A stretch of 64,000 nt of DNA from Candidatus Latescibacterota bacterium (GTDB lineage Bacteria > Latescibacterota > UBA2968 > GCA-2709665): the NCBI GenBank assembly GCA_963662665.2, contig CAXXJS010000020.1:64001-128000 (forward strand), given 5' to 3'. The stretch's first letter is position 1; every line of letters begins with the position of its first letter. A program made the translations under genes and the position numbers. Under the pieces are notes generated by a model. That model was not told the origin of the DNA. It saw nothing but the letters and a program-made list of their open reading frames with translations, and made no database searches. Below, in pieces: positions 30,990 to 40,700 of the stretch.

Positions 30990-32027
30990 CTAACTTCCAT
31001 CCAGCATCGGTAGTTCCACGGACGGCGCATCCGACGCACAGAAGGAAATAACGCGGTCGTGCAGGGAAGGGCCGTTCAACTCCCGATAGTACGCGAACAG
31101 GTACTCGTTCATGTAACCGGCATTCCTGCCCCCGCGCTCCTCCGCCCACGCACATACCTTCCTGTCCGACCCCTTCACCTGGTACCACTCCCTTGCGAAT
31201 TTCAATACCCACGTATCCACGGGCACGGAATCAAGCCGTTCCAGCGCGAACAGGTCGATGCACTTGCCCACCTTCAGTCCGACGCCCGTTCCGGGCCGTG
31301 CCTTCAATGCATCCACAATTTCCCGCCAGTTATCCAGAGTCAGCCGCGCCGGTTGACCTCCCGCTCGCCGGGAAACAAACCGAGCCGCTGCAACAACGCG
31401 TTCCGACCGCCACCCGAAACGATTGAGCCTGAAATATGGTCCGGTCAACCGGGCTAGAGCGTCGGGTCCGGGAAACGTACAATATCTACTTCCCATAAAC
31501 TCAACCTGGCGGCCCGAGGTTTCGGCCAGGAAATTTACCCGCCGTTTGGTCAGATTCATATGCGCCTGCACCGACAACACATACGAAATCACGCACTCGA
31601 ACGGCATCTGACGGACAAACCGGAATCCCTTCAACAGATCCCTTGCGCGACGAAGGTATCGGTCTCCTCGCGGGACCCGGATTCGGGGCCTCTCGTTCAA
31701 TCTCAGGTACCAGGCCAGAAATTCACCGACGGACATCTCACCCCGGTAGGTTGCAACGGTCGATGCCCCCGTGCGATATTGCAGCGTGTCGCCGACCTGA
31801 CGCAAATGGAACACGGTTTCATAGGCAACGCCCTTCCACCATCCATCCACGTCCCGGCCCCAACGAAATACCTGGCCGCCGGCCAACGTGAACCCCAGGT
31901 TGAAATCCCTGGTTTCAATCTGACCGGTAACAGGTGGGCGTGTAGACGCGCGAAGGTTCCGCCGAAACCCGATTTCGCGCGCAGGCTCACCCGCCGGCGG
32001 CCTCGGCCGGTGGTGTTTTATTGACAT
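30990..32027 (-). CDS. 8-oxoguanine DNA glycosylase (OGG1/Ogg family, HhH-GPD)
   Basis: TL.GGQ.FRW N-domain, RQ.PFEC..S, GVG.KV..C..LF.L.....PVDTW with catalytic K and D; start position uncertain. Confidence 0.85.
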   Translation of the reverse strand: MSIKHHRPRPPAGEPAREIGFRRNLRASTRPPVTGQIETRDFNLGFTLAGGQVFRWGRDVDGWWKGVAYETVFHLRQVGDTLQYRTGASTVATYRGEMSVGEFLAWYLRLNERPRIRVPRGDRYLRRARDLLKGFRFVRQMPFECVISYVLSVQAHMNLTKRRVNFLAETSGRQVEFMGSRYCTFPGPDALARLTGPYFRLNRFGWRSERVVAAARFVSRRAGGQPARLTLDNWREIVDALKARPGTGVGLKVGKCIDLFALERLDSVPVDTWVLKFAREWYQVKGSDRKVCAWAEERGGRNAGYMNEYLFAYYRELNGPSLHDRVISFCASDAPSVELPMLDGS

Positions 32028-32327
32028 TTCACCCATTTCGCTTTCCATTATAGGTATTTTAGCGGGCTGCTGCAAGCATCCCGTTTTCACGCCGAACGCC
32101 CGGGTGTTTCTGCCGCATCCCTGCAAAGAAGCAGCGAATCCGTACGGCTTGTGATCGGACCGCCGGATTCTCCGGCAGGCCGGAGCCCAGCAGACGCGAG
32201 CCCCTGATGACGGCCCCGCTAAGACATGGACGAGGCCCCGGCGATCCGCCGTTATAATGGCGCCCATTCATTCACCTACACCGGACATCTTCAAACTGAA
32301 TCGAGAACATTTCCGGGTACATAGCCC

Positions 32328-32356
32328 TTGACTTGTACGCATCGCCCGGTTATGTT
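32328..32356 (+). promoter_or_regulatory. sigma70-type promoter for ABC paralog 3
   Basis: TTGACT, 17 bp, TATGTT; implies a gene start downstream (GTG 32415). Confidence 0.6.
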
Positions 32357-32414
32357 AAGTAAGCAATTACTTGCATGTTGCCCCAGCCCTTGTTTCGTGC
32401 GAACAGGATGCCGC

Positions 32415-34784
32415 GTGGACGCACCAAATCACCTCGATCCGGAAACGCCAATCCGCGAGAAAATCCCGGAAGACATTCTCGACGCGACGCATAACGTCCT
32501 TGCGGCCGACGAGGAGATTCTTCTGTCCGTCTCAACCGATCTCAGGTTCGATGGCGTTTTCGGGTCCGCATGGCTGGTGGCGACCGGTCGACAACTGATC
32601 GGTATCAGTCCGACTGAGAATGGGCCACCTGAGACCGTATGTATCCGGCTCGCGGATATTGAAGGCGTGGAGGTCCGGGAGCTATTCGGCAGCGGCGTGC
32701 TGAAGGTTACAACCGCTGGAAGCGGCGCCTCCCTGGCCTTTTTTACCAAATCCCTGCTTTCCAGGTTTACGCAGGTTCCCGCCGAAATTGAACGCCTTGT
32801 ACGGAAAGCCAAACCCGTACCCGATGACGCTCAAATTGCCAACTCCAGCGTGGACGGGCTGTCAGGCCGCAAGAAGCGTTGTGAACGGTGTCAGCAGGTG
32901 ATCCCGCACTGGATGGGCGTCTGTCCGATGTGCCTGGATTCCCGCAAGCTGCTCTTCCGCCTTCTGGGTTACGCGAAACCCTATTGGCAATCGGCGATCT
33001 GCAGCCTCCTCCTTCTTTTAACCGCCACGTTTATCGGCCTGACGCCCCCTCTGCTGATGCGTACCCTTATCGATGACGTCCTTATGGCCAGCGCGGGCGG
33101 CTCGGCACCCGGGGAGTCGCTGATCCCCGCCGAGGCGCGTTCTTCCGTCCCCAGGATCCAGGCGCCCGGGCCGGTACCATCCCCGGGGATGGATAAGCGC
33201 ACGATGCTCGCCATGCTGGTGCTGCTCCTCTTGCTGATCAACATATCCCGGAACGGGCTCAGTGCCGTGCGCACCTACCTGCTCGCGCAGCTCGGTCAGA
33301 AAATCACGTTCGATCTTCGCAAAGAGGTCTATCGGCATCTCCACTATCTCTCGCTCAGTTTCTACAATGAGCGGGAAACCGGTCGAATCATGTCGAACAT
33401 CACCCAGGACGTCAGCCGCCTTCAGGACTTCATCTCGGACGGCCTGCAGGAAATCATCCGGGACATCGCAACCATCATCATCATCTGCATCATTCTCTTT
33501 TCGCTGAATCCCGCTCTGGCGGCTTTCGTTCTCCTGCCCACCCCCCTGCTGATCCTGGTTACGCGTTACTTCGGACGGAGGCTGCACGACCTCTATCATG
33601 GGCTCTGGCGGCGGTGGGCGGATATCCACGCGCTGCTGGCGGATACGATCCCCGGGGTGCGGGTTGTAAAGGCCTTCGCCCAGGAAAATCGAGAGGTGAG
33701 CAAGTTCGAAAACAGGAGCTGGGGCCTGTTATCAGGCGAAATCCGTGTAGCGAGGGTTCGAAGCACGTTTACACCCATTATGACCTTCCTCACTTCCCTG
33801 GGTACCCTCATCATCTGGTGGATGGGCGGCAACAATGTTCTGAGCGGCGGGCTCTCAATTGGCGAGTTTGTGGCCTTCACCGGATACATGTGGCAATTCT
33901 ACGGTCCGGTGGAAAGCCTGTGCCGACTCAACCACCGTTTCCAGCGCGCGGCCACGTCGGCCGAGCGAATTTTCGAGGTCCTGGATACCCAATCCGACGT
34001 CGCCGACCGGCCGCGGGCCGAATCGCTGCCGCCAATTTCCGGTTCGGTGGAATTTTCCGGCGTCACGTTCTCTTACGAGCCCGGCAAACCCATTCTCAAT
34101 GATCTGAATTTCACAGTGGAACCGGGGGAAATGATTGGCCTCGCCGGCCATAGCGGCGCAGGGAAGAGCACCCTCATCAATCTGATCTGCCGTTTCTACG
34201 ATATCCAGAAAGGCGCAATCCGCGTCGACGGCCGGGACATCAGGGAAGTTTCGCTAAAGTCCCTGAGGGGGCAGATCGGCGTGGTCCTGCAGGATCCGTT
34301 TCTGTTTAACGGCTCGGTTGCGGAAAATATCGCGTACGGAAAGCCGGATGCAACGCTTGACGAGATCGTCGCTGCCGCGAAAGCGGCAAATGCACACGAT
34401 TTCATATTGGACTTCCCCGAAGGCTACGACACCCCGGTGGGCGAACGAGGCATGCGTGTCTCCGGCGGCGAACGCCAGCGCCTTTCCATCGCGCGTGCCA
34501 TCCTGAGGAACCCCCGCATTCTGATCCTGGACGAAGCAACGGCCAGTGTGGATACGGAGACCGAGGCGCAGATTCAGGACGCCATTTCGCGTCTGATCCA
34601 CGGACGGACCACCTTTGCAATTGCCCATCGTCTATCGACTCTAAAAAATGCCGATCGCCTGCTGATCCTCGACAAAGGCAAATTGGCGGAGATGGGCACC
34701 CACGACAACCTTGTCAAACGGGACGGAATCTACGCCCGTCTCTGCCGGATGCAAACCGAAATGTCCAGGTTACGCGCCTGGTAG
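32415..34784 (+). CDS. ABC half-transporter with N-terminal extra domain and zinc ribbon (paralog 3)
   Basis: GHSGAGKST, VSGGERQR, ILILDEATA, AHRL; CERC-x10-CPMC; Pro-rich insert after the first TM segment. Confidence 0.92.
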   Translation: MDAPNHLDPETPIREKIPEDILDATHNVLAADEEILLSVSTDLRFDGVFGSAWLVATGRQLIGISPTENGPPETVCIRLADIEGVEVRELFGSGVLKVTTAGSGASLAFFTKSLLSRFTQVPAEIERLVRKAKPVPDDAQIANSSVDGLSGRKKRCERCQQVIPHWMGVCPMCLDSRKLLFRLLGYAKPYWQSAICSLLLLLTATFIGLTPPLLMRTLIDDVLMASAGGSAPGESLIPAEARSSVPRIQAPGPVPSPGMDKRTMLAMLVLLLLLINISRNGLSAVRTYLLAQLGQKITFDLRKEVYRHLHYLSLSFYNERETGRIMSNITQDVSRLQDFISDGLQEIIRDIATIIIICIILFSLNPALAAFVLLPTPLLILVTRYFGRRLHDLYHGLWRRWADIHALLADTIPGVRVVKAFAQENREVSKFENRSWGLLSGEIRVARVRSTFTPIMTFLTSLGTLIIWWMGGNNVLSGGLSIGEFVAFTGYMWQFYGPVESLCRLNHRFQRAATSAERIFEVLDTQSDVADRPRAESLPPISGSVEFSGVTFSYEPGKPILNDLNFTVEPGEMIGLAGHSGAGKSTLINLICRFYDIQKGAIRVDGRDIREVSLKSLRGQIGVVLQDPFLFNGSVAENIAYGKPDATLDEIVAAAKAANAHDFILDFPEGYDTPVGERGMRVSGGERQRLSIARAILRNPRILILDEATASVDTETEAQIQDAISRLIHGRTTFAIAHRLSTLKNADRLLILDKGKLAEMGTHDNLVKRDGIYARLCRMQTEMSRLRAW

Positions 34785-34825
34785 AAGCATGTCGCTCCGG
34801 CGCATCCCGGAATCCCGATCCTGTT

Positions 34826-35332
34826 ATGCAAAAAGAGTATCGTCTCGAGCAGGAACTGACGCTGTTGGATCCTGTCCTGACCCGCCTTCGTCGGGATGAA
34901 TACACGGACTTGATCCTGGAATACCGGGGTGAGCGTAAACCGGTCACGGCGCATCGCGCCTTTCCGCTCACGGCCGCCGGTCAATTCATCGTCCTCAAGG
35001 GTATCGACGGAACGGAGGTCGGCGCTATCCGTGACATTGCAGGTCTGGATGACGAGAGCCGCAATATCCTCGAGTCCGACCTGGAACGTACTTATTTCGC
35101 GCCCGTCATACTCCAGGTAAACAAACTCGAAGAGAAATTCCACATCCCGAAATGGGACGTGGAGACCGATAGCGGCCACCGCGTATTCGAAGTCCGCAGC
35201 CGCAGACGTGACATTCGGGTGATGTCGGGGGGGCGCATTCTGCTGAGAGACGCCGACGGGAACCGATATGAGATACCAGATTACAGACGGCTGGACCCCG
35301 TCAGTCGCGCCTTTGTGGAGACGTTAATCTGA
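34826..35332 (+). CDS. DUF1854 domain protein (copy 2)
   Basis: RAFPL......I, E.G.I.D...LD..SR, L..TYF.P.I, W.VETD.G, DADGNRY.I.D...LD..SR. Confidence 0.88.
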   Translation: MQKEYRLEQELTLLDPVLTRLRRDEYTDLILEYRGERKPVTAHRAFPLTAAGQFIVLKGIDGTEVGAIRDIAGLDDESRNILESDLERTYFAPVILQVNKLEEKFHIPKWDVETDSGHRVFEVRSRRRDIRVMSGGRILLRDADGNRYEIPDYRRLDPVSRAFVETLI

Positions 35333-35441
35333 TCACCGGCGGTAAGCCCTGGAAGCCGGTGGCCACCCGGGGACACTACCCGCCCCGTACTCGAGCCCGC
35401 GAATGTGTACTCGCCGGCCCCTTCCGGGCCGCCGTTGCCCA

Positions 35442-35470
35442 TTGCCATCCACAACGAACAATTGTATATT
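35442..35470 (+). promoter_or_regulatory. sigma70-type promoter for the Rieske gene, overlapped by CGAACAATTGTATA
   Basis: TTGCCA, 17 bp, TATATT; motif at 35455-35468. Confidence 0.6.
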
Positions 35471-35517
35471 GCCACCGATACCCGCAACCGCCATTTCGAA
35501 CCACAGGAGATGCTCCA

Positions 35518-37368
35518 ATGAATACAACCGCGCACCGCTCGGCGCCGGCGTCGCTCGACGGGGAATTGATCCCTCAGGCGCCCAGCGACGATGTCGATCC
35601 GGACAGCCTCGTCTACCACCGGCTTTGTCGGGCCGACGAATTCGAGGAAGGCGAAGGCAAACCCTTTACCGTAAATGGTTCACACATCGCCGTCTTCCGT
35701 TACAACGGCGAGTTTCAGGCCGTGGACAACCGCTGTCCTCACATGGGTTATCCCATGTCCAAGGGCAGCGTCCGGGACGGCGTACTGATCTGTCACTGGC
35801 ATCACTGGGAGTTCGATCTCAAGACCGGCGGATGTTTCGAAACGTCGGGTTCGGGTAACGATCTGAAGAGCTTTCCCGTGGAAGTGAAAGAAGACGGTTT
35901 TATCTACATTGGCATGGCCGCCGATGAACGGCAGGCCGCTCGTCAGAGAATGATCGACCGTGGCCGGTATATCCTCGAACAGGGATTGAAGGATCGAAGT
36001 TCACTCATTATCGCAAAGGGGGTGACCGCGCTGCGTCACGCGGGCGCTTCGCCGCAGGAAATCATTCAGCAGGGCCTGTTCTACGGTTCGTACAAGACCA
36101 CCGAAGGCTTCTCCTCAGGTCTCGCCATCCTGTCGCTGTGCGCAAACCTGTGGCACGACATCGCCGAACGTGACCACAATCTCTTCCTCGTTCATGGCCT
36201 CGTGCAAGTCTCCCGGCGCACCACCGGCGGGTCCCGTCGCCAGGGCTTTCCATTCCCCAAAGCAACAGGCGAACCGGACCTGAAAACCTACAAGCGCTGG
36301 TTCAGACGTCTCGTGGAACAGCGAAACAGCAACGCGGCCCAGCGTATTCTGATCACCTTGAACGACCGCGGTTTCGACAAAGAGTCCATTGCCGACGCGG
36401 TTTTTACAGCTGCAACCGATTACTACTTCACGGGAGACGGCCACGCGCTGGACTTTGCCAACAAGCTCTTTGAAGCCCTGGATTACGTGGAATGGAGGGA
36501 CGCGAGTGAGATCCTGCGCCCAATCGTAATTGACCTTATCAACCGCACCCGTCACGAGGAAACAGCCCGCTGGCAGGACAGCGTACCGATTCTGGAAGAC
36601 GTCTTCTCGCGGCTGGACGACATCTGGCGGGAAAACCAGGAAAACGACTCGAATCTGGACACTTCGGCATTTGCACAGGTACTGCTGGGCGAAGAGGTCG
36701 TGCCCATTGTCTCGGAAATCGAAACCCTTTTACGGCGCGGGGTCGATCCCGCGCAAATCTGCCGATCCATGGTCTTTGCCAGCGCTATCCGAACCGCTCG
36801 CTTTCATTTGAAAAACGAAGGTGACTGGCACGACGTGGCCAATATCTACTCCTACGCGCACGCCCTCTACCGCGCTTTCCAACGCGCTCCGTCCGGGAAC
36901 CTGCTTCGCGGCATATTCCATGGCGCGGTATTTCTTACCTACTTACGGTGGCTCAATATGCCGGCTGCCCGCGTCCCGAAACCCGGCCAGCGTCTGAACG
37001 GCGCCTTCGATTCGGAGGACCAGATGCTCGCCCGCCTGCAGGAATTCGCCGATTTCCAGAAAGTCTACGAAGCGGAAATACTCGTGAACCAGTACCTGGA
37101 AGAAGGCCGTGACATTAACCGTCTGAAACACACCCTCGCCCACATCATGCTGCGTGAAGACGCCGAACTCCATATGTTCCAGGTCCTGGAAGCGGCTTTT
37201 CGCCACTTCGATATCACGAACGACCCGGAAGAAAAACGCATGCATATGCTGGCGGCCACCCGCTACATTACGGCCCAAAAAGTAATGAAAGCCATTCTCT
37301 GGTCCACGGAGAATGCCGAACGGCTCCAGCGGGGCGATTTGTTGAGCGAACGGGAAGACGACAACTAG
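35518..37368 (+). CDS. Rieske [2Fe-2S] ferredoxin domain fused to a large uncharacterised helical domain
   Basis: CPHMGYP...CHWH Rieske motif; His/Asp/Glu-rich motifs in the C-terminal region; AGGAG RBS. Confidence 0.85.
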   Translation: MNTTAHRSAPASLDGELIPQAPSDDVDPDSLVYHRLCRADEFEEGEGKPFTVNGSHIAVFRYNGEFQAVDNRCPHMGYPMSKGSVRDGVLICHWHHWEFDLKTGGCFETSGSGNDLKSFPVEVKEDGFIYIGMAADERQAARQRMIDRGRYILEQGLKDRSSLIIAKGVTALRHAGASPQEIIQQGLFYGSYKTTEGFSSGLAILSLCANLWHDIAERDHNLFLVHGLVQVSRRTTGGSRRQGFPFPKATGEPDLKTYKRWFRRLVEQRNSNAAQRILITLNDRGFDKESIADAVFTAATDYYFTGDGHALDFANKLFEALDYVEWRDASEILRPIVIDLINRTRHEETARWQDSVPILEDVFSRLDDIWRENQENDSNLDTSAFAQVLLGEEVVPIVSEIETLLRRGVDPAQICRSMVFASAIRTARFHLKNEGDWHDVANIYSYAHALYRAFQRAPSGNLLRGIFHGAVFLTYLRWLNMPAARVPKPGQRLNGAFDSEDQMLARLQEFADFQKVYEAEILVNQYLEEGRDINRLKHTLAHIMLREDAELHMFQVLEAAFRHFDITNDPEEKRMHMLAATRYITAQKVMKAILWSTENAERLQRGDLLSEREDDN

Positions 37369-37433
37369 ACAGATGTACAATGGGTACCCGCAGCCGGGGG
37401 CCGGGTGGTCTCATTGAAGGGACACGATAACCG

Positions 37434-40400
37434 ATGAAGATCTCCGAACACGCCATACATAAACCCATCACTGCCGTGATGTTAACCCTGAGCGTCCTGG
37501 TCTTGGGGGCAATTTCCCTGTTTCGGCTGCCGCTCGAGTATCTGCCGGATATCACGTTTCCTGTCATGTACGTCAACGTTGACTACCCGTCTTCGTCGCC
37601 GGAGGAGATTGAACGAGAAATCGTCAGGCCGTTGGAAGAGGTAATGGGTACGCTGTCTCACGTAAAACAGCTGAGTTCACGGTCCTACGCCAACCGCGGC
37701 TACGTGCGGTTGGAATTCGAACTCAATACGGATATGGACCTCATGGCCGTACATGTACGCGATCGACTCGATCAGGTAAAAAACGACCTTCCGGACGACG
37801 TCGAGCGTATTTCAATACGCCGCTGGAACACCGAAGATTTTCCTGTATTGACATACGCGCTGAGCTGGCAGGGGAACGATCAGTCCGAGCTTGCGAGCGT
37901 TTACGAATACACCATTCTTCCCCGACTGCAGCGCCTGGAAGGCGTTGGCAGCGTGGAGGTACGGGGGCTGCGAGAGAAAGACCTGCTCATTGAAGTCGAT
38001 CAGAACCTGCTGCATACGCACAATCTGGATATCCGCGCACTCAACCGGGCAATCAACACCAACAACGTCAATATTTCCGCCGGCTACGTCAACGAAGCCG
38101 ATAAACGCCTGGCCGCACGTACCATCGGTGAGTTTGAGAATGTCAACCAGATCAGGCATCTTCCCCTGTCCAACGGGGTCGAAGTGGGTGATGTCGCGGA
38201 CGTCAGCTACGACTTTCCGGAAGAGAAGAACTTCGAACGCCTCGACGGCCGGGACGCGGTCACCATCGACATTCGCAAATCCTCCTCAGCCAATCTGGTG
38301 GCCACTGCAAACCGGGTCAAGGGTGAATTGGAGCGTATCCGGAACGACGTCGGCGACGACAAGATTCGGATGCAGGCCATACGCGACCGATCCCTGGATG
38401 TCACCACGGGCATTCGCAACCTCGCTCAGTCGGCCATTATGGGCGGTTTTCTGGCCATCAGTGTCATCTTTGTATTCTTACGTAACTTCCGAAGCACGCT
38501 CATTATCGGCTCCGCAATCCCGATTTCGGCCATCACCGTATTTATGGTGATGTACGTCCTCCGGCAGGTCTTCGGGTCCAACATCACGCTCAATCTGATG
38601 TCCATGATGGGCCTGATGGTCGCTATCGGTATGCTCGTCGACCCTGCTGTCGTCGCGCTGGAAAACATCTTCAGGAAACGGTACGACGAGGGACAGACAC
38701 CGTGGAACGCCGCTCTGGACGGAAGCCGGGAAATCGGGATTCCGGTACTTGCCGCCTCGCTGACAACGGTTTGTGTTTTTGTGCCCATCATCTTTGTGGC
38801 CGACTCCCGCAGCGCCCTGTTCATGCGGGATTTTGCACTCACGGTGTGTATTTCCGTGGGCGCCTCCTTCTGCGTGGCGCTTTCTCTGATCCCTCTGGCG
38901 GCGTCAAGGGCATTTGACAACAGCACCACGTATCTCGACCGCTGGATCAAGGGCGGGCTGGCACTCCTGCTACTGGGCCTTGGCGGCTGGGCGGTGTACG
39001 CCGAAGGCCTGCAGAACTCCGCCTCCTGGATCTGGGAAAAAGCGAACAGTCTTGTGGTGGGCCTTTCGACTATACCGGCCGTGGCGTGGCTGTTGCTGGT
39101 TCTGATACTGGCAGGCGTTGGAAGTCTGTTGCATCTGTCCCGAAAGAGCGGCGGTATCAAATATTTCTATTCCCGTCTGGTAGTCACCACCCTGCGCTAC
39201 AGGTGGACCACCGTTTCTACTGCCTGCGCGCTCCTGGGCGCCGGGTATTACTTTTTTACGCAAATTGAGCAACAGCCCTATCGCTGGCAGCCAACGCGTC
39301 GGGTGGATATCTCCGTTGAACTGCCGCGAAGCTACGACATCCAGGATGCGCTTGCTCTATTTGAAAGGATCGAAGGCATCCTGCTGCCGAAAAAAGAGAA
39401 ACTGGACGTCGCGGCCGTGAGCAGCCGGTTCAGCGACCGGCGGAGCAATCGCATTACCCTCTACCTGGTTCCACCCGACGAGGGCAGACTTTCCACAGAC
39501 GAAGTAACACGCAGAGTCAAGGCCATGCTACCGAAGGACATCCCCGGTGTACGCTTCAAATCCGGCAGGACCTGGGGTAGCAGCTCCACCGGAGCCGGCG
39601 TCGAAATCAAGGGTCGAAACCCGGATGTACTCGCCATGCTTGCGGAGGATATCCGTCTGCGCCTGCAAGGCATCCGCGGGGTACACGAAGTCGAAACCAG
39701 CCTGGAATCCGGCAATGAGGAGATCCGCGTCAACATCAACCGACGCCGCGCCAGGCGCTATGGCCTGACACCCTGGCAGATTGCCACCACCGTTGCCAGT
39801 GCGCTGGGAACCCGGGGAAACAGTAAGTTCAAGACCGAGAACGGAGAAATCGACATCGCGGTTCAACTCAAGGAAGAGGACCGGGCCACCCTCGAGCAGC
39901 TTAGAAACACGTATTTTGAGAGCGACACCGGGAATATGGTCTCCTTCGCCAGCCTCGCGGATTTCCGTGTCAGCAAGGGTCCCCAGGCGCTCGAACGCGA
40001 GAACCGGATGTCCACCCTGACCGTATTCGCCAATACGGAACAGCAGGCCGTGTTCTCCGTTGGCCGCGAAATGAGCAGCCGGATGCGTGCGATACCGTTA
40101 CCGGCCGGATATTCCTGGCAGATGGACCGCCGCTTTCGCTGGATGAACCAGGAACAGGGTGAAACCAACCTCACCATGATTTTTGCGGCGCTTCTGGTCT
40201 ATATGATTATGGCTGCCCTTTTCGAGTCCTACGCACACCCCTTTACAATTATGTTTTCGATCTGTTTCGCCTTCATCGGGGTCTCGTTCGGTCTATATGC
40301 CTTTAATATCCCCCTCGACAGCAATGCCACCTACGGCCTGCTCATCCTATTCGGCATCGTTGTGAACAACGGTATCGTCCTCGTCGACCATATCAACCGT

Positions 40401-40700
40401 TATCGAAAACAGGGCCTCTACCGTCGTGACGCCATCATCCGGGGCGGTCAGGACCGATTGCGTCCGATTCTAATGACCGCGACCACCACTATCCTGGGCC
40501 TGGCTCCCCTGGTTTTACCGATGATCTACGGCACTGCAGAAGGCACTGCGCGTCGGTGGGGCCCGATCGGTTTCGTGGTAATCTCCGGGCTGATGGTCTC
40601 GACCATTCTCACGCTGGTCATCCTGCCGACCGTGTACTCGCTGATAGACGATCTGGCGACTTACATGAAGCGGACGGTCGCAACCGTGAGAGGCGCGTGA
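37434..40700 (+). CDS. RND efflux permease subunit (AcrB/AcrD/AcrF family)
   Basis: P.I.FP, SP.E.E..I.RPLEE, GMLVD, GIVVNNGIVLVD, RLRPILMT..TT. Confidence 0.92.
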   Translation: MKISEHAIHKPITAVMLTLSVLVLGAISLFRLPLEYLPDITFPVMYVNVDYPSSSPEEIEREIVRPLEEVMGTLSHVKQLSSRSYANRGYVRLEFELNTDMDLMAVHVRDRLDQVKNDLPDDVERISIRRWNTEDFPVLTYALSWQGNDQSELASVYEYTILPRLQRLEGVGSVEVRGLREKDLLIEVDQNLLHTHNLDIRALNRAINTNNVNISAGYVNEADKRLAARTIGEFENVNQIRHLPLSNGVEVGDVADVSYDFPEEKNFERLDGRDAVTIDIRKSSSANLVATANRVKGELERIRNDVGDDKIRMQAIRDRSLDVTTGIRNLAQSAIMGGFLAISVIFVFLRNFRSTLIIGSAIPISAITVFMVMYVLRQVFGSNITLNLMSMMGLMVAIGMLVDPAVVALENIFRKRYDEGQTPWNAALDGSREIGIPVLAASLTTVCVFVPIIFVADSRSALFMRDFALTVCISVGASFCVALSLIPLAASRAFDNSTTYLDRWIKGGLALLLLGLGGWAVYAEGLQNSASWIWEKANSLVVGLSTIPAVAWLLLVLILAGVGSLLHLSRKSGGIKYFYSRLVVTTLRYRWTTVSTACALLGAGYYFFTQIEQQPYRWQPTRRVDISVELPRSYDIQDALALFERIEGILLPKKEKLDVAAVSSRFSDRRSNRITLYLVPPDEGRLSTDEVTRRVKAMLPKDIPGVRFKSGRTWGSSSTGAGVEIKGRNPDVLAMLAEDIRLRLQGIRGVHEVETSLESGNEEIRVNINRRRARRYGLTPWQIATTVASALGTRGNSKFKTENGEIDIAVQLKEEDRATLEQLRNTYFESDTGNMVSFASLADFRVSKGPQALERENRMSTLTVFANTEQQAVFSVGREMSSRMRAIPLPAGYSWQMDRRFRWMNQEQGETNLTMIFAALLVYMIMAALFESYAHPFTIMFSICFAFIGVSFGLYAFNIPLDSNATYGLLILFGIVVNNGIVLVDHINRYRKQGLYRRDAIIRGGQDRLRPILMTATTTILGLAPLVLPMIYGTAEGTARRWGPIGFVVISGLMVSTILTLVILPTVYSLIDDLATYMKRTVATVRGA

